From Oligoflexia bacterium (GTDB lineage Bacteria > Bdellovibrionota > UBA1018), in NCBI GenBank assembly GCA_963758495.1, contig CAVWVI010000003.1, forward strand, positions 1,344,001 through 1,408,000: 64,000 bases of DNA, read 5' to 3'. The notes under the pieces are model-generated. The model was not told where the DNA came from. It was given only the letters and a program-made list of their open reading frames with translations, and searched no databases. This document shows, one piece after another, positions 28,724-38,337 of the stretch. Made by a program: the position numbers and the translations under genes. Each line of letters opens with the position of its first letter. Positions within the stretch are counted from its first letter, which is position 1.

Positions 28724-30262
28724 CTATGTCCAGTTGAGCCCTGGGGTTTTAGCCGCCAGTTGTGCGGTTGATTGAATTTCAGCGACTTCAAGTGAGGCAG
28801 TCGGCGTAGTACAGTAAAGTGTCGCATTCACTGCTGTGGGAAAATGGTTCCCACTCTTTTTCAGTCCACCAAAAGGAAGTCGAGAAGATGCACCTACAGT
28901 TGATTTATTCCAATTAATTAAACCCATCTCTAAACCATCCCAGCACTTTTCATAAACAGCCCTACTCTGAGAGAAAATACTCGCGACTAGGCCGTACTGG
29001 GTTACATTGGCTTGCGCGATCGCTTCGTCCAATTCTGAAACTCCCTGAATACATACATTAGGTGCAAATAATTCTGTCTGCTGATAGGTGCTTTTTCTCG
29101 CTTGCTCAAGCGAAAGTTCCTTAATCCAACAAATTGACGGAGTCACATAATTTCCATTTACAGAAAGCTCTAGCGCCTTGCCCCGCATGATCAATTCACA
29201 GCCTTCTCGTGAGGCGATTCCCAAAAATTTCGTGTACCGATCCATAGAACCTTGATCAATCAAGGGCCCCATAAAGGGATTATCCAATGGATGACCAATC
29301 GAAAATGACTTAGCTCGTTGATGAAATTTTTCTGTAAATTGTTCCAAAATCTTATGTTGAACTAGAATTCGACTTGTCGCACTACATCGTTGTCCTGCGG
29401 TCAAAAAGGCTCCCATGAGCGTTTCATAAACAGCACCCTCGATGTCAGCATCTTCCCAGACAATAGTGGCATTCTTTCCACCCATTTCAAGAACAAGCAA
29501 CTTCCAATGTTGCTGAAGAGTATCTTGTTTAATGCGAGTCCCTACCTCGTATGAGCCCGTAAAAAGAACTCCGTGAACTCCCTCATGAACACATAGACGC
29601 CGCCCAACTTCCTTTTCACCTTGAATTAAATTAAACACTCCTGGCGGAAAGCCTGCTTCTTGAAAGCATTCTGCCATCAACTGCCCCACCATAGGGGCTT
29701 TTTCAGAAGGCTTAAAAACGAGGGTATTGCCCGTCAGTAAAGCAGGAACAATATGCCCGTTAGGCAAATGACCTGGAAAATTAAAAGGACCAATCACAGC
29801 CATAACGCCTAGAGGTCGATATTTACAAACCCCTCGTGTATTTTCCATGATTTTAGGAATTTCGAAGTCGGTAACATACCTCAGAGATTCCGTAAGAGTA
29901 ATTTCTACTTTATTGAGCATAGCAGAAACTTCCGTCCTCGCTTCCCAAGCGGGCTTCCCTACCTCTCTTGAAATCACTTCTACAAACTCTTCCTCACGTC
30001 GCATTAAAATCGATTGGTACTTTTTAAGAAGTTCGGAACGTTCTGAAATTGATTTTCGACGCCACGCAGGAAAAGCCATACGACCTGACTGAACGGCTTC
30101 ATCAACAGATAAATAAGAATATTGAAATTTACCTAATTCATCAGAATAATCCGCCGGGCTTTTACTTACCCACTCTCCTTGTGGATCAAGCGGCGCTTTA
30201 AAATGCCCTTGAATAAAATTACCCCTTGCCGAAACTTTAAAGTTAGATTTCGTCATACTCAC
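28724..30262 (-). CDS. astD: Succinylglutamate-semialdehyde dehydrogenase
   Basis: GPFNFPGHLPNGHIVPALLTGN, FTGS, LEMGGKN, GQRCS, PFGGLKKSGN; adjacent to astA. Confidence 0.88.
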   Translation of the reverse strand: MSMTKSNFKVSARGNFIQGHFKAPLDPQGEWVSKSPADYSDELGKFQYSYLSVDEAVQSGRMAFPAWRRKSISERSELLKKYQSILMRREEEFVEVISREVGKPAWEARTEVSAMLNKVEITLTESLRYVTDFEIPKIMENTRGVCKYRPLGVMAVIGPFNFPGHLPNGHIVPALLTGNTLVFKPSEKAPMVGQLMAECFQEAGFPPGVFNLIQGEKEVGRRLCVHEGVHGVLFTGSYEVGTRIKQDTLQQHWKLLVLEMGGKNATIVWEDADIEGAVYETLMGAFLTAGQRCSATSRILVQHKILEQFTEKFHQRAKSFSIGHPLDNPFMGPLIDQGSMDRYTKFLGIASREGCELIMRGKALELSVNGNYVTPSICWIKELSLEQARKSTYQQTELFAPNVCIQGVSELDEAIAQANVTQYGLVASIFSQSRAVYEKCWDGLEMGLINWNKSTVGASSRLPFGGLKKSGNHFPTAVNATLYCTTPTASLEVAEIQSTAQLAAKTPGLNWT

Positions 30263-30283
30263 ACCCTTTCTAAGATGACTCTC

Positions 30284-31336
30284 TCAATAATAAGGCATAA
30301 ATGCGACTAGATCGTCTTTTTTTAATCCTAGAACTGTTCGTATGATCTCCGTCGAAGGCTCTAAAACATGAATTCGCCCCTCTTGAAGATGGGCCTGAGC
30401 AGCAATCGCCCGAAATTCTCCTGGCTTCTGACTCATACTACATAAGATCCCCGATTCACAAATAGGGGAAGCATTTGCTCCCTGAGTAGTGTCTAAAAAA
30501 AGCCGAGTAGCCATTCTCTTAACAGGAAGAATATCATCTACATTTGCCCACAAATGAGGCCCACCATCAAATGGATCGACCTGGTTTTTATATTGAAATC
30601 CAATTTTCCTTAACATATGCAAAACAGGTTCAGTTTCTTTTCCAACTTTTCCAATTGCATTTCGAGCTTCAGCCGGAAGAAAAGTCGTATATATTTTTCC
30701 TGATGGAAAAAGAGAAAAAATAAACTCTTTGTTTTTTCGGCAAAGTTGATCCGCCTCCCCATAATCCATGTTTGTGAATCTTCTACCAATCGCCTCCCAA
30801 AGAGGAGATTGTCCTTTTTTATTCAGGGGAGGGAGTAGCTCTGCAAGAATTTTTCTCTTAAATTTATTTCGATTCAATCCTAGAAATAAAAATCGAACAA
30901 ATGAAATCTGGCGTCCAATTCGACTTTCTGAATTTCTATATTGAGGATCGAGTACAAGTCCACCAATCTCAGAAGGTCCATTAGTGTCGTATTTGAGTTT
31001 CAATGTTCCATGGATAAAACCAGTACTAATTGTTTCTGAAAACTTTTCTTCACTACCCACTTCAAAATAAAAATGCGGTGACTCTACCGAACCATGCTGA
31101 CCTGCGATCATCGAAGTCCCTAAAATTTGATGAGTTTCTATGTCTTCCGCAACAAATATATATTTTCCATCAAACTTATTAGGAGCATCCTCTCGAAATG
31201 AGGCCACTGCTCTAAGAATTTTCTCTCGTAATAAATCTTTATCATTAGGAAGATTAATAAAACCGGGAGTCTGAGAAAATTTTTCTAAAGCATCTAGATC
31301 TTGCTCTTTGATTTCTCTCAGAAGTATCATAGACAC
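30284..31336 (-). CDS. astA: Arginine N-succinyltransferase
   Basis: GFINLP, SEIGGLVLDP, RFLF, SPLWEAIGRRF, DPFDGGP. Confidence 0.88.
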   Translation of the reverse strand: MSMILLREIKEQDLDALEKFSQTPGFINLPNDKDLLREKILRAVASFREDAPNKFDGKYIFVAEDIETHQILGTSMIAGQHGSVESPHFYFEVGSEEKFSETISTGFIHGTLKLKYDTNGPSEIGGLVLDPQYRNSESRIGRQISFVRFLFLGLNRNKFKRKILAELLPPLNKKGQSPLWEAIGRRFTNMDYGEADQLCRKNKEFIFSLFPSGKIYTTFLPAEARNAIGKVGKETEPVLHMLRKIGFQYKNQVDPFDGGPHLWANVDDILPVKRMATRLFLDTTQGANASPICESGILCSMSQKPGEFRAIAAQAHLQEGRIHVLEPSTEIIRTVLGLKKDDLVAFMPYY

Positions 31337-32808
31337 ACCTGTTCAATGACTCTTTCATAAAACCCAACAGCCTTCTCAATATGCTCTAATAAATTATGCT
31401 CATTAGGGCTATGACTGTTTCCTTGAGACTTTCCAGGACCAAAAACAATTGCAGGATAGCCTGCTTGAAAATATTGCGCAGCTTCGGTTGAAGTCGCTTT
31501 TTTTGAAAAAGCTGGCTCAATTCCAGCCGATATCATTGCCTCTTTACATATTTTTAACAACTCATCATCAGCCGACAAATTCAAGCTAGGGTTCATTCGT
31601 TCTCGGACTACTGCAACATTTAAACTCGGATAACGAACAGCTATTGCCTGAATCCCCTTTTGAATGGTTTGCTCTATTTCTTGAGGAGGGATTTCTGGCA
31701 AAAGTCTTAAATCAAAATGCAGCTCCATAATTCCCGATCTTTGCTTCAGTTGACCGAAGTTTACTGTAGAACAGGATGGATCATAGGTTTCATCGTTAAT
31801 TTTAGAAATTTGAACGGATAGCTCTTTGAAAAATTTTGTAACCTCTGTGAGACAGGGAAAAAGGTTATCGGGCAAAAACCTCACGCCTGAATCACCTACG
31901 CCCCCAAGTTCTACTTTAAAAGCCTTGTCTGGACTATCAGATCGACTCGACTCTCGAAAGAACCGTTTAAAATCTTCAAACTGATGCGAGGTCAAATAAA
32001 ATTGAGTTGACGCATGATCAGGAACTTTATTGACCGTATCTCCGCCATCCAAGTGGGTAAACCGAATTTCAAAGCCCTGATCTAAGGCACGATGAAGAAA
32101 ATCCAACGAAGCAAGAATCGCATTGGTTCCTAAATGTGGATATGAGCTATGTGCAGATTTTCCATATGAAAGCAGATCGATTTTGCGATTGAATCCTCGA
32201 GCATCTCTTTCGATCATTTGATATCCAATAGATACACGATAAATATTTAAACATTTATGAGCGTACACTACTTTTAATTCTGACGGTTCTCCAACAAGAA
32301 CATATTTTGGATTGAGCGCCATGGACTTAATCAAATATTTTGCTCCAAACATTCCAATTTCTTCACCACAGGTGCCCACTAAATAAATTGGATTCTTCAG
32401 TTTTTTTTCTCTAAATTTTTGAACTGCATGTAATTTACAGAGAAAATCCAGTTTTACATCTGCAGTGCCTAATCCAAAAATTTTTCCATCTTTTAGCGTA
32501 ATGCCAAAAGGATCCGCCCCTGTTTCGGTCCAATTCTCTTTTATCCCTGGACTGACAGTATCCAAATGAGTATTCAGTAAAAGCCCTTTTCGAATTTTTC
32601 GATCGGAAAGAGGATCTCCTAAAACACCAATCACATTAAATTGTCGTTTGGAAATAAGCTCATTTGAATGGGTGACATGCTGAATCTGGGTCTTCAGACC
32701 TCGATCTTGCATCAAGGCCGTTACATAATTTGCAATTTCTTCATTCCCATTTACGCTGACAGAATTAATTCTAATAATCCGTTTTGCATCCTCTAAAAAG
32801 CGCTTCAT
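31327..32808 (-). CDS. M20 family amidohydrolase (ArgE/DapE-like) with expanded dimerisation region
   Basis: NTHLDTV, GLGTADVK, GEEIG, VGEPS, GKSAHSS, GPG..SHSPNE. Confidence 0.85.
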   Translation of the reverse strand: MKRFLEDAKRIIRINSVSVNGNEEIANYVTALMQDRGLKTQIQHVTHSNELISKRQFNVIGVLGDPLSDRKIRKGLLLNTHLDTVSPGIKENWTETGADPFGITLKDGKIFGLGTADVKLDFLCKLHAVQKFREKKLKNPIYLVGTCGEEIGMFGAKYLIKSMALNPKYVLVGEPSELKVVYAHKCLNIYRVSIGYQMIERDARGFNRKIDLLSYGKSAHSSYPHLGTNAILASLDFLHRALDQGFEIRFTHLDGGDTVNKVPDHASTQFYLTSHQFEDFKRFFRESSRSDSPDKAFKVELGGVGDSGVRFLPDNLFPCLTEVTKFFKELSVQISKINDETYDPSCSTVNFGQLKQRSGIMELHFDLRLLPEIPPQEIEQTIQKGIQAIAVRYPSLNVAVVRERMNPSLNLSADDELLKICKEAMISAGIEPAFSKKATSTEAAQYFQAGYPAIVFGPGKSQGNSHSPNEHNLLEHIEKAVGFYERVIEQVCL

Positions 32809-32819
32809 TTTTTTACCAC

Positions 32820-34241
32820 CTATTTAAAATTTTTCTGAGCTTTACTTACGTCAAGAAGTGCCGCTTCTATATAAGAACAGACCCGATCTACATCATCCTG
32901 CGTCATGACACCCAAAGGTGGGAGCATACGAATAAAATAAGGGCCATGACCACAATAAAAGGCAACAACCCCGTGATCAAAAAGGCGCATTAAAACAGAT
33001 TTAACTTCATTCATAGTTCCGCTGAAGGGGGCGAAGGCGATCATGCCTCCGATCGCTCTTATTTCTTGGATCATACCTTTGCAGGAAGTTAAGGATATCT
33101 TCTCGAGCTGCTGGGTAAAACGTGAGGACAATTGTTCAATTTTACCTTCTTTACCTAAATAGCCTCCCTCAGAAAGCAGTTCAATAACGCGACGAGCTGT
33201 TCGTAACGCTGCAGTACTTCCAGAAAAAGTTCCTGCGACCAACCCAGCTTGAGGATTGTACTCTTCTGTATAGAGAACCATACAGGACTGAAGCATTTTT
33301 CCTAGAGTAACTACATCCATGTACTCATTTAAAAAAAACTTTTGATAGGCAAACATCTCGCCTGTTCGTCCGAAGCTTTGAATTTCATCCGCCCAAATTG
33401 CCAAACCGTACTTTTTCGCTTCTTCAAAAACACGAACATAAAAATCACGAGGGGCATATTGAAATCCCCCTTCCCCTTGAATCAACTCAATCATCAGTGT
33501 AGCAAATTTATCAGGATAGCGAACCAACAACTCACGCATCGCGTTAAGAGTTGCATCGATGCTAGCCTCTAATCCTATTTTTGGATTATAAAAAGGAAGA
33601 TAATGAACTTCTCCATAAACGGGCTGGCCTTGTCTATAACTTGGATTATCTGTAATTTCCTGCATTGCAGTAGACCGCCCTGCAAAGCAATCCTTAAATG
33701 CTAGTACTTTAGTAGCAGGGAATTTTTTTTGTCGAATGATCTTCAAAGCAACTTCATTGACCATCGTCCCACTACACATCAACCAGCCATGCTTGAGCCG
33801 ACTTCCTGCACCTACTTGAGCAAGAACTGCAGTCAAAACGGCCTTCATTTCAATGCCAGGCTCTAAATTCCCTTGCATCACATCAGATGGCAAACCATCA
33901 ATCATTTCTTCGATCATTGCGGGATGGGAATGACCAAAAAAATTAATCCCAATCCCAGTAATCATATCGAATTTGACACTACCATCCAGTAATTCAATCA
34001 GAGGGCCGTTACCTAATCCCGAAGCTAAAAACGGAAAATAGAGGTCCCTTCCCCGATCCTGACAAAACTCACGGATCTCTTTCAGATAGGCTTCCCTTAA
34101 TTCCGGAGAAGAAGCACATGGCTTCACCCCTTTCAGCTTTGAACTTCCCTCAAAAATAGCTGCAAGAAGTTCTTTTTTTGCTGAAAGAAAACGAGGGGAT
34201 TTCCGTAAAGTGGCGGATTCAGTCGTCAGCTCAAGTCTCAT
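32820..34241 (-). CDS. Class III aminotransferase (AstC/ArgD-like)
   Basis: FGHSHP, ELIQGEGG, ADEIQSFGRTG, TLGK PLP lysine, GTFSG. Confidence 0.85.
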   Translation of the reverse strand: MRLELTTESATLRKSPRFLSAKKELLAAIFEGSSKLKGVKPCASSPELREAYLKEIREFCQDRGRDLYFPFLASGLGNGPLIELLDGSVKFDMITGIGINFFGHSHPAMIEEMIDGLPSDVMQGNLEPGIEMKAVLTAVLAQVGAGSRLKHGWLMCSGTMVNEVALKIIRQKKFPATKVLAFKDCFAGRSTAMQEITDNPSYRQGQPVYGEVHYLPFYNPKIGLEASIDATLNAMRELLVRYPDKFATLMIELIQGEGGFQYAPRDFYVRVFEEAKKYGLAIWADEIQSFGRTGEMFAYQKFFLNEYMDVVTLGKMLQSCMVLYTEEYNPQAGLVAGTFSGSTAALRTARRVIELLSEGGYLGKEGKIEQLSSRFTQQLEKISLTSCKGMIQEIRAIGGMIAFAPFSGTMNEVKSVLMRLFDHGVVAFYCGHGPYFIRMLPPLGVMTQDDVDRVCSYIEAALLDVSKAQKNFK

Positions 34242-34312
34242 ATGAAAAGCTCCAATGAAATAATCAGGATGAACGGCACTCGGGTGTTCTAGAATACTTT
34301 TCCTGAAATATC

Positions 34313-35170
34313 ATGAAGTTATTTTTGTTGCAAGATCCTGCCCTGGACGAGTATTTTCACAAAATGGCTGGCCCAATAGTTTGTATCATTCGCATTTTCC
34401 GCATTTTTATGATTTCGACTCTACTTCTAGGTAGTAGCTATCCAGTCTACGGATCTGAGTGGCAAGATACCAAAGCTCTCTATGATTCAGGTAAATATGA
34501 GGAAGCGCTTCAAACTCTCCAGAAGAACCCTCGCAGTGACTTCAGTTACAATTACAATCTAGGCACCATCTACTTTCGAATGGGACAACTCGGTAGCGCA
34601 GTCGCCTATTTAGAAAAAGCGAATCGCAATCATCCTCATGATCCAGATATTCAGTTTAATCTCTCTGTCGCAAAATCAGCTCTTGGACGATCCATTGGCG
34701 CTGATCACCTCGACCCATCCTCTAATGGGTTTGAACAAATTGCGGATCGAATTTCTTTAGATGAAGTGCGCGCAATATTAGGATTACTGGGAATGATCGT
34801 CGTGCTCCTTTGGATTCGCGTCTACCTCAACACTAGAAATATACAAATGACTTTTCTGCAGCCCGCTGGACTTTTAGTACTTTTAGGGTTTTCCATGACT
34901 TTCGGAATTTACGCCATTCAACGGTATACAGCGGACCATCCTTCCGCTATTTGTTTGGAAAAAGGGATGATACGAAGCGGACCTGGTGACAATTATATTG
35001 AATTAGCCCAAACAGAGGCCGGATCAAAACTGCGACTCCTGGGTCCCTCTGCTTCAGATCAAAATCATTCGAATCCGATTGCTTCCAAACCTCCAGAAGT
35101 TTGGCAACAAGTTCGTTATTCAGTTGATGGTATAGGATGGATTAAGGCATCACATCTTTTGGTCCTATAA
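34313..35170 (+). CDS. TPR + TM + SH3-like membrane protein (BatE-like)
   Basis: YNLGTIYF..GQLG.A..YLEKA TPR, two TM helices, IRSGPG..W..V....GWI SH3b-like tail; start uncertain. Confidence 0.7.
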   Translation: MKLFLLQDPALDEYFHKMAGPIVCIIRIFRIFMISTLLLGSSYPVYGSEWQDTKALYDSGKYEEALQTLQKNPRSDFSYNYNLGTIYFRMGQLGSAVAYLEKANRNHPHDPDIQFNLSVAKSALGRSIGADHLDPSSNGFEQIADRISLDEVRAILGLLGMIVVLLWIRVYLNTRNIQMTFLQPAGLLVLLGFSMTFGIYAIQRYTADHPSAICLEKGMIRSGPGDNYIELAQTEAGSKLRLLGPSASDQNHSNPIASKPPEVWQQVRYSVDGIGWIKASHLLVL

Positions 35171-35171
35171 A

Positions 35172-35891
35172 TTGGTAAATATGAGGTATTTAACTATGCA
35201 AAAGCTCATTAGCTTGACTTTAACACTCGCCTTTTTGTTTCTATTTTCTAATTGCTCTACAACTCCAGTCGATGAAAATGATCCGGGCGCCCTCTTAAAA
35301 GAGGCCGAGTCTGAAATCAACAGCGATCACTATATTATTGCTATTGATAAGCTGAGAGTGATTAAAAATAAGTTCCCCTATTCGAAATATGCAATTGATG
35401 CCCAATTGAGGATAGCAGATGTTTACTTTTTACAGGAATCCTATGCTGAAGCTGCTGCATCCTACGAAGCTTTCAAAGATCTTCATCCAAAACACGAAAA
35501 AGCTTCATATGCGGTATTTCGAGCTGCAAAGTCCTATTATCATGACATGCCCAGCACGGTCGCCAGAGATCTCACAACTGCCCATAAAGCACAAAGTACA
35601 TATAATGATTTTTTAAGACTTTATCCCGGAGCACCTGAAGCAGTCGAAGCTCAAAAAGACCTGGCTGAGGTCCGAAATCTCCTCGCCCAAAAAGAACTCT
35701 ATGTAGGGGATTTTTATTTTAATAGGAATTTATACGATTCTGCTAAACCTCGTTATGAAAAGGTTATAGGATTATATCCAGAGACTGATACTGCCAAATC
35801 AGCTCAAGAGAAATTAGCTCAAATTGAGTTAAAAACCAAAAAGGAGGCTTCTTCTCAAAATGCAGAATCTCCCAAGTCCACAATCAAATGA
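35172..35891 (+). CDS. bamD: Outer membrane protein assembly factor BamD
   Basis: Lipobox FSNC; FPYSKYA..AQL..AD, F..LHP.H, RD.T, LA.KELYVG.FY; start may be 35181 or 35196. Confidence 0.88.
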   Translation: MVNMRYLTMQKLISLTLTLAFLFLFSNCSTTPVDENDPGALLKEAESEINSDHYIIAIDKLRVIKNKFPYSKYAIDAQLRIADVYFLQESYAEAAASYEAFKDLHPKHEKASYAVFRAAKSYYHDMPSTVARDLTTAHKAQSTYNDFLRLYPGAPEAVEAQKDLAEVRNLLAQKELYVGDFYFNRNLYDSAKPRYEKVIGLYPETDTAKSAQEKLAQIELKTKKEASSQNAESPKSTIK

Positions 35892-36639
35892 TCATTTAAG
35901 CGATCGACACATCCAGGACCTTCTTTCTCGCCGGAACTTTTCTCAAGCAGAAACCCTGATTCGTCAACGCTTAAAAAAGGAACCTCATAGCCCTGATGTT
36001 CATTATTTACTCGGTGTTATGTATTACTTTCAAGGGAACGTGAGTCAAACTGTAGAAAATCTCCGCAAAGCGCTTTCAATCGATCCAAGACATACGGACG
36101 CAGCTATCTGCCTATCCGTATTATTCAATGATATTGGAAAATATGATGACGCCAAAAAGGTCTTCGAGCAAGCGAATCATTCGGTAGTTCATAAGCAAAC
36201 TGGAGGAGACCCTGGAATTGATCGAAAATTTGCAGTTAAGCATTTAGAACTCGCTGATCTTTATTTCCGCTATCGTCGTTATGATGAAGCTATCGAGGAA
36301 TATAGTAAAGCGATACGTCTTGATCCAACAACTCTGGATATTCGAATTCGTAGGGCAAAAGCTTATGCTAAAAAGGGCTTCTTAACTCGCTCCATTCAAG
36401 AACTCCAACAACTCAAACGAGAGCAACCTTATTTCATTCCCGCACGCATTCAGCTCGGTTTACTCCACTACAGTCAAGGCAATGTCCTTGATGCAGAACT
36501 GGAGTGGGAAAATATCGTTGCAATCGAACCCGAAAATCGGGAAGCCCTTGCCTATCTTCAAATGGCCAAAAAAACTAGAGCGAATCCAACAGGTAATCCA
36601 GAATCTTTCCCAGACGCTATGAATCACCTGATCAGATAA
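35860..36639 (+). CDS. TPR-repeat protein
   Basis: Multiple TPRs (ALSIDP, AIRLDP, ARIQLGLL). Confidence 0.85.
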   Translation: MQNLPSPQSNDHLSDRHIQDLLSRRNFSQAETLIRQRLKKEPHSPDVHYLLGVMYYFQGNVSQTVENLRKALSIDPRHTDAAICLSVLFNDIGKYDDAKKVFEQANHSVVHKQTGGDPGIDRKFAVKHLELADLYFRYRRYDEAIEEYSKAIRLDPTTLDIRIRRAKAYAKKGFLTRSIQELQQLKREQPYFIPARIQLGLLHYSQGNVLDAELEWENIVAIEPENREALAYLQMAKKTRANPTGNPESFPDAMNHLIR

Positions 36640-36642
36640 AAC

Positions 36643-38244
36643 TCATTTTGCGGTTGGAACTATCGAAGTCAGTGTTCCTATTGTCTTAAGAAATTGAATT
36701 TCACTTTCCAACTCTAAAGGATTATTTGAATTTAATTTTAAAATCTTGGATCTAATCGCCCCACCTGGATCTATGAAAGTAATTTTTTTAGATATTGGAG
36801 CCGAATGGCCTTTTCCTCGAAGTGATTTCTCACAAATGTAATTCATCCCTTCTTCGAACTGTTTGGAATTGATTCTTTTGGAAGGATCGGTGTTCACTGC
36901 TGCAGCTATGAGATGCTCAAAAGGGTCTAAGGCGGGGCTTTCAGCTTCTTCTTTGATGAAGTGATTGAGTGCAGCACTTTGACACTTCAAAAAATCACTA
37001 TAAAGATGACGCTCATCATCAATGAGGTTTTCGCATTTTGTTACCCAACTTTCCTGATCTGGTTTCATCATTTGATAAGCAATAGTAGCAGCAGCATAGA
37101 CATCAGTCTTAAAAACGTTTTCTTTTTTTTCGGTCTCATTCAGTCCATTCCAATATAGATTGTCTTGACCTGAATCCACTAACATTTTGAGAAACTCTGG
37201 AGCATGCATTCGTGTAGTCCCTCCTTTGAAGATTCTGGGTTCTTTATTACGAATGCTTTCCTCTGGATAATCACTTGTATCAAAATCACTAATGGCTAAT
37301 TTTGGCTTTTTAGCCGCTAAGTTCACTAAAATATTTTCTTCTTTTAAATCTCCATGGTGAATCCCTAGCTCATGAAGTTTTCTAAGCCCTACGCTAAGTT
37401 GATGGATCAGATCTAGTCGTTGAAGGTTTGTAATTTTTTGAAATTCATTTGTTTCAACCATTGCATTAAATAGATCTTGAGCATACATCGTTTGAATAAT
37501 CTGATCTTCTCCTACGTGATAAGTTTCAACAATGCCCGTGAGTTCTTTGGCTGGAATATCCATGATCTTTTTTAGAATTTTTTGTTCATTGATGAACTGT
37601 GGAGCTCTATCGCTCCGCTTAGGTTTGAGGGTGAGCCTTGCCAATTTCGACCAACTTCCATAGGAAGTGATTTGGTGGGCGATTTTAGTAGCGCCATTCC
37701 CCAATGGGACGGGTTCAAATTCTAAATAGATTCTACCTTTCTCATCTAATTCAAAAACCACGGGTGTGGTCTTCCCCTGTTTATTGCGAATAATGAAAGG
37801 CGCCGGCACTTCTGTGCCCGCTCTCCACTGTTCTTGATTGGACTCAATATAGTCGATAAGCCTATAAACTTCAGAAGGATTGATATCTGATTTATAGATA
37901 CTATCTATCTTTTTTAATGCTTTTAGAAAATTATTTTCAAGGGCGGGCAGTTTAGTCTGTGGAGTAACTTGAGCGGAAGAGTGAAACGAAATACAGGAAT
38001 GATTTGGAGTTTGGTGAATCACTTTTAGAGAATGTAGATATTTTTTGAGAAATTCAAGTTCTTGAATCACTTGAGCATCTTCAGTTTTATTTTTTTGGAG
38101 TTCCTCTATCTTCTTTCCTGTCTTGCTGAGCTCCATGTCTGATTGCAATTGAATCTCTGAAAAACAAGGAGGAATCAGAGTAACCCAAAAGAAGAGGAAG
38201 CAAATGAATATTTTTTTTGGAGATAAGATTATATTTGACACCAT
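36643..38244 (-). CDS. Secreted eukaryote-like (Hanks-type) protein kinase, paralog 1
   Basis: Signal peptide; LGNGATK, alphaC NEQ, HGDLKEENIL, DFD, GTTRMHAPE, DVYA. Confidence 0.85.
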   Translation of the reverse strand: MVSNIILSPKKIFICFLFFWVTLIPPCFSEIQLQSDMELSKTGKKIEELQKNKTEDAQVIQELEFLKKYLHSLKVIHQTPNHSCISFHSSAQVTPQTKLPALENNFLKALKKIDSIYKSDINPSEVYRLIDYIESNQEQWRAGTEVPAPFIIRNKQGKTTPVVFELDEKGRIYLEFEPVPLGNGATKIAHQITSYGSWSKLARLTLKPKRSDRAPQFINEQKILKKIMDIPAKELTGIVETYHVGEDQIIQTMYAQDLFNAMVETNEFQKITNLQRLDLIHQLSVGLRKLHELGIHHGDLKEENILVNLAAKKPKLAISDFDTSDYPEESIRNKEPRIFKGGTTRMHAPEFLKMLVDSGQDNLYWNGLNETEKKENVFKTDVYAAATIAYQMMKPDQESWVTKCENLIDDERHLYSDFLKCQSAALNHFIKEEAESPALDPFEHLIAAAVNTDPSKRINSKQFEEGMNYICEKSLRGKGHSAPISKKITFIDPGGAIRSKILKLNSNNPLELESEIQFLKTIGTLTSIVPTAK

Positions 38245-38266
38245 AATGGTAAGTAGTTCCTTTAGG
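38245..38266. repeat. 22-bp sequence identical to 61879-61900
   Basis: aatggtaagtagttcctttagg at both sites. Confidence 0.8.
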
Positions 38267-38268
38267 AC

Positions 38269-38295
38269 TTATCGGAAAACAGGAAAGACTCTGTA
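38269..38295 (-). promoter_or_regulatory. Sigma28 (FliA)-like promoter for kinase paralog 1
   Basis: TACA-N15-TCCGATAA vs consensus TAAA-N15-GCCGATAA. Confidence 0.55.
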
Positions 38296-38304
38296 GGTCA
38301 AAAT

Positions 38305-38331
38305 TAAATAATTTTTAAATTTATCCGATAA
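38305..38331 (+). promoter_or_regulatory. Sigma28 (FliA)-like promoter for kinase paralog 2
   Basis: TAAA-N15-TCCGATAA, 6 nt upstream of ATG 38338. Confidence 0.65.
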
Positions 38332-38337
38332 GCCAAT

